In this document: positions 60,757 to 64,000 of the stretch, one piece after another
Numbering within the stretch: the first letter of the stretch is position 1
How the letters are laid out: every line of letters begins with the position of its first letter
From: Eledone cirrhosa
Taxonomy: Eukaryota
NCBI GenBank assembly: GCA_964016885.1
Contig: OZ024759.1
Span: 28,210,001 to 28,274,000 of the forward strand
Length of the DNA: 64,000 bases
Direction of reading: 5' to 3'
The notes under the pieces: model-generated
What the model saw: only the letters and a program-made list of their open reading frames with translations
What the model was told of the DNA's origin: nothing
Database searches by the model: none
Translations under genes and position numbers: made by a program

Positions 60757-61935
60757 TTAGGTTAAAATATGTCTTACTGTTGCAAATAATCTACAACGAA
60801 GATAACTGGTATTTTTTTACGTTTTTCACCAATAAACATTTCCCTGATTGTATCTGTTAACCCTGAGCACCTTTTTGAATTCCATGTGTCTAAAACCCGT
60901 AGACATGCTTGCAAAATCAGAAAACAGAACAGCTCCCATGGCTTTCGGAAACATTTTTTCATGATCAGAGTTGCTAAACATTGAACAAACTCCCTGCATC
61001 AGTTGTTGGCCGGCGGGACGCTGCATCCTTTAAAACCTCAATGCTTCCTGAAATTCGCCAATACTAAACCTGATATTCCTCCTCCATACACACTGACACA
61101 CACATGTATGTGTGTGTCAGTGTGTATATCATTACTAATACACTGTTCATTTTCCTGACAATTGTACATTATTATATGTACTATACATGCACATTTGATG
61201 AGTTGTAGTGCACCTGAGCACTGTACACAATAATTTTCATTATTATTATAACACGACATTTTCCAGGAAGACTTATATCTTCGCATTACATTGTATTTTT
61301 TAGTCATGGCTTGTTTTCAGTATTTGCGTTTGGAGACCAATGCCTATTGTTGTTGAAAGCTAACATGCTAATACGTAATAAATATTGCCTATTAGTATGT
61401 GTATAATTTTGTTCCTTCACTGTAGAATGAACAGAATCTTTCCTTGGTCATTAATAATCCACTGTCCAGGTATAGTTGGTTGAGTGGGTAACGTTCCGCT
61501 TCTTTGCAGATGCTGCCACTATGCTGTAGGTAATATCTTTTGAAATTGCCATCAATCCAATGCAGTTAGTGTCTTGGCCGTTACTCGCTCTTAAACTCTG
61601 TTACGGTATATAATATAGTCTTCTATTCTATTTATACGAGGCACTGGTGCAATAAATGTGGTTTATTGCACGAACATTCCTGGAAAGAAACACATCGAGT
61701 ATCATTCTCCTGAAAACGTGTTACACATCTCTATCAGTAAAGGATGTCTAGTTATGTGCAACTGAAACAGCTCCAGCAAATTTGAACTAGCAAATTCGCC
61801 AACGGAGTGAAAAGCTTTAACATTTAATTGTAAATATATCTATATATATTTGTATAAAATATTTGTACATATAGAGAGTGAGACAGATAGATACATAGAT
61901 ATACATGTATGAGTATGTGAGTGTGTGTGTATATA

Positions 61936-62005
<70 letters not shown>

Positions 62006-62121
62006 TATATACACTCTCACACACATACATGTATATCTATCTATCTATCTATATATATATATATATATATAAATATATATACACTCTCACACACATACAT
62101 GTATATCTATCTATCTATCTA

Positions 62122-62163
<42 letters not shown>

Positions 62164-62330
62164 TATATACACTCTCGCACACATACATGTATATCTATCT
62201 ATATATATATATATATATATATAGATATAGATATACATGTACATATATATACATAGATATACACATACGTGTATATCTATATCTATATAATATATATATA
62301 CACATCCATATGTGTATGTTTGTGTGAGAG

Positions 62331-62367
<37 letters not shown>

Positions 62368-62775
62368 AGATGATAAATATATATCTTCTATACAGACACA
62401 CCATAGAAGTAAACTTGAGTGCATAAATGTGAATATAAATGAAGACATTGTAACATGCCACATATAGCTGTTTCTCTGTAGAATGAGAAAATGCTAAATA
62501 CTTTTAACTGGTTTTCAAGCTTGGTTAGGTTTTCATCAGTACGCATGAGATGAATAGTATCTAAACATATCACAAGGAAATACATAATCAAAGGGCTTAT
62601 ATACTCTATCCCTTACATTATTAGCTCCCATGTTGATAGTTAACTGAGGTCTATGTGAAGGTGTACAGCCGATGCATACATACATGCATATATGCATACA
62701 TGATTATTGTATATATATGTATATATATATACACATATATATATATGTGTGTGTGTATTTGTTTGCGTGTATGCA

Positions 62776-62836
<61 letters not shown>

Positions 62837-62908
62837 TGTGTGCGTGTATGTGTTTGTGTATGCGTACGCGTATATATATGTGTGTGTGTATTTGTGTGCG
62901 TGTATGCA

Positions 62909-62940
<32 letters not shown>

Positions 62941-63111
62941 ATTTGTGTGCGTGTATGTGTTTGTGTATGCGTACGCGTATATATATGTGTGTGTGTGTGT
63001 TTATTTATATAACGTAGATCAAACATAAAGTGAAAATTATGTGCTGCGAGTGTTTCTTTCTATTGACAATGTTGGCAACATGACCATCCCCAAATATAAC
63101 AATATATATTT

Positions 63112-63152
<41 letters not shown>

Positions 63153-63254
63153 CTCAAAATATGAGGAAATAATAGACAAAAAGATACCTATTTCTTCTTC
63201 AAAGTCCCGACTGCAGTTTCGCCGATCCGTGTGCAACGTTTCCCTGCACTATAA

Positions 63255-63291
<37 letters not shown>

Positions 63292-64000
63292 ATTCTCGTT
63301 AATTCCGGAGCTGAAATTCGATTCTCGCTAATTTTTACTTATATATATATATATATTTAATACAATAACAGAGATAGTTTAAAGCTAAACTCTGACTGGT
63401 AACCATCTCACTCAACAAACATTAGGTTATATTAAAATATAAACCCAATTTAAGTGTTTGGGGTGCTAACAATATGTATAATGTGGAAAAACCAGTTGTA
63501 TTATTTTATGAGATATAATTAAAGTTATTTATTACTTTACAGAAACTAGATGATGTTGGAAGTCAGACAAAATTACAATTGTTTACAAAATATAAAATAA
63601 ATAATGTTGATTCCACCGATTAATATTAATATATCGAACTGCAATTACAAGATTCTGTGTAGAGAGAAAGTTTGTAAGAAGAGACTTACAAGTCATTATG
63701 TAATATATTGTTATTTACATTATATATCCCTGTATGGAGAGTAAGCTAGATAGAAGATTTAGGTGTTTTAGTCTGATTATTATATATAAGACACTGTAAT
63801 ATAAAGAGGTATTTTTTGGTTTGTTCTATTATGTATTTCTGAAAGTTAGAGAAATATAAACCCTCAGATGTAATGTTAACACTAACTGGTTTACTTGAAA
63901 TATTTTGCTTCAAATTCCTTTTGCTGAAAACTTATGACTGCATCACAGCACACGTCATATAAATTATGATGTATCTCAAATATTATGGCGCTATTCCTAT

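Overview
Repeat-saturated, very AT-rich eukaryotic (animal) DNA with no convincing host protein-coding gene. Nearly all ORFs in the track are translations of (TA)n, (CA)n, (CATA)n or trinucleotide microsatellites. The dominant SINE family and microsatellite landscape resemble those of octopus/cephalopod genomes (inference from recall, not from a search). Recognisable elements: more than 20 tRNA-derived SINE copies from 2-3 families, RTE-clade LINE fragments, small DNA-transposon relics, several minisatellites, and a 5'-truncated Penelope-like element (PLE) with a GIY-YIG endonuclease pseudogene at about 58150-59955 (-). The main hidden signal is that many of the short unique islands inside (TA)n tracts are fold-back (palindromic) inserts carrying minimal type I hammerhead ribozyme (HHR) motifs: stem I-CUGANGA-stem II-GAAA-short, often self-complementary stem III-UH-stem I. 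I count roughly 9 sequence families and about 20 motifs. They include non-canonical cores (U3-A8 covariant UUGAAAA, CCGAAGA, CAGAAGA), a form with a ~100-nt stem II, and one copy lying directly 3' of the GIY-YIG ORF. All structures were read by eye; catalytic activity is untested.
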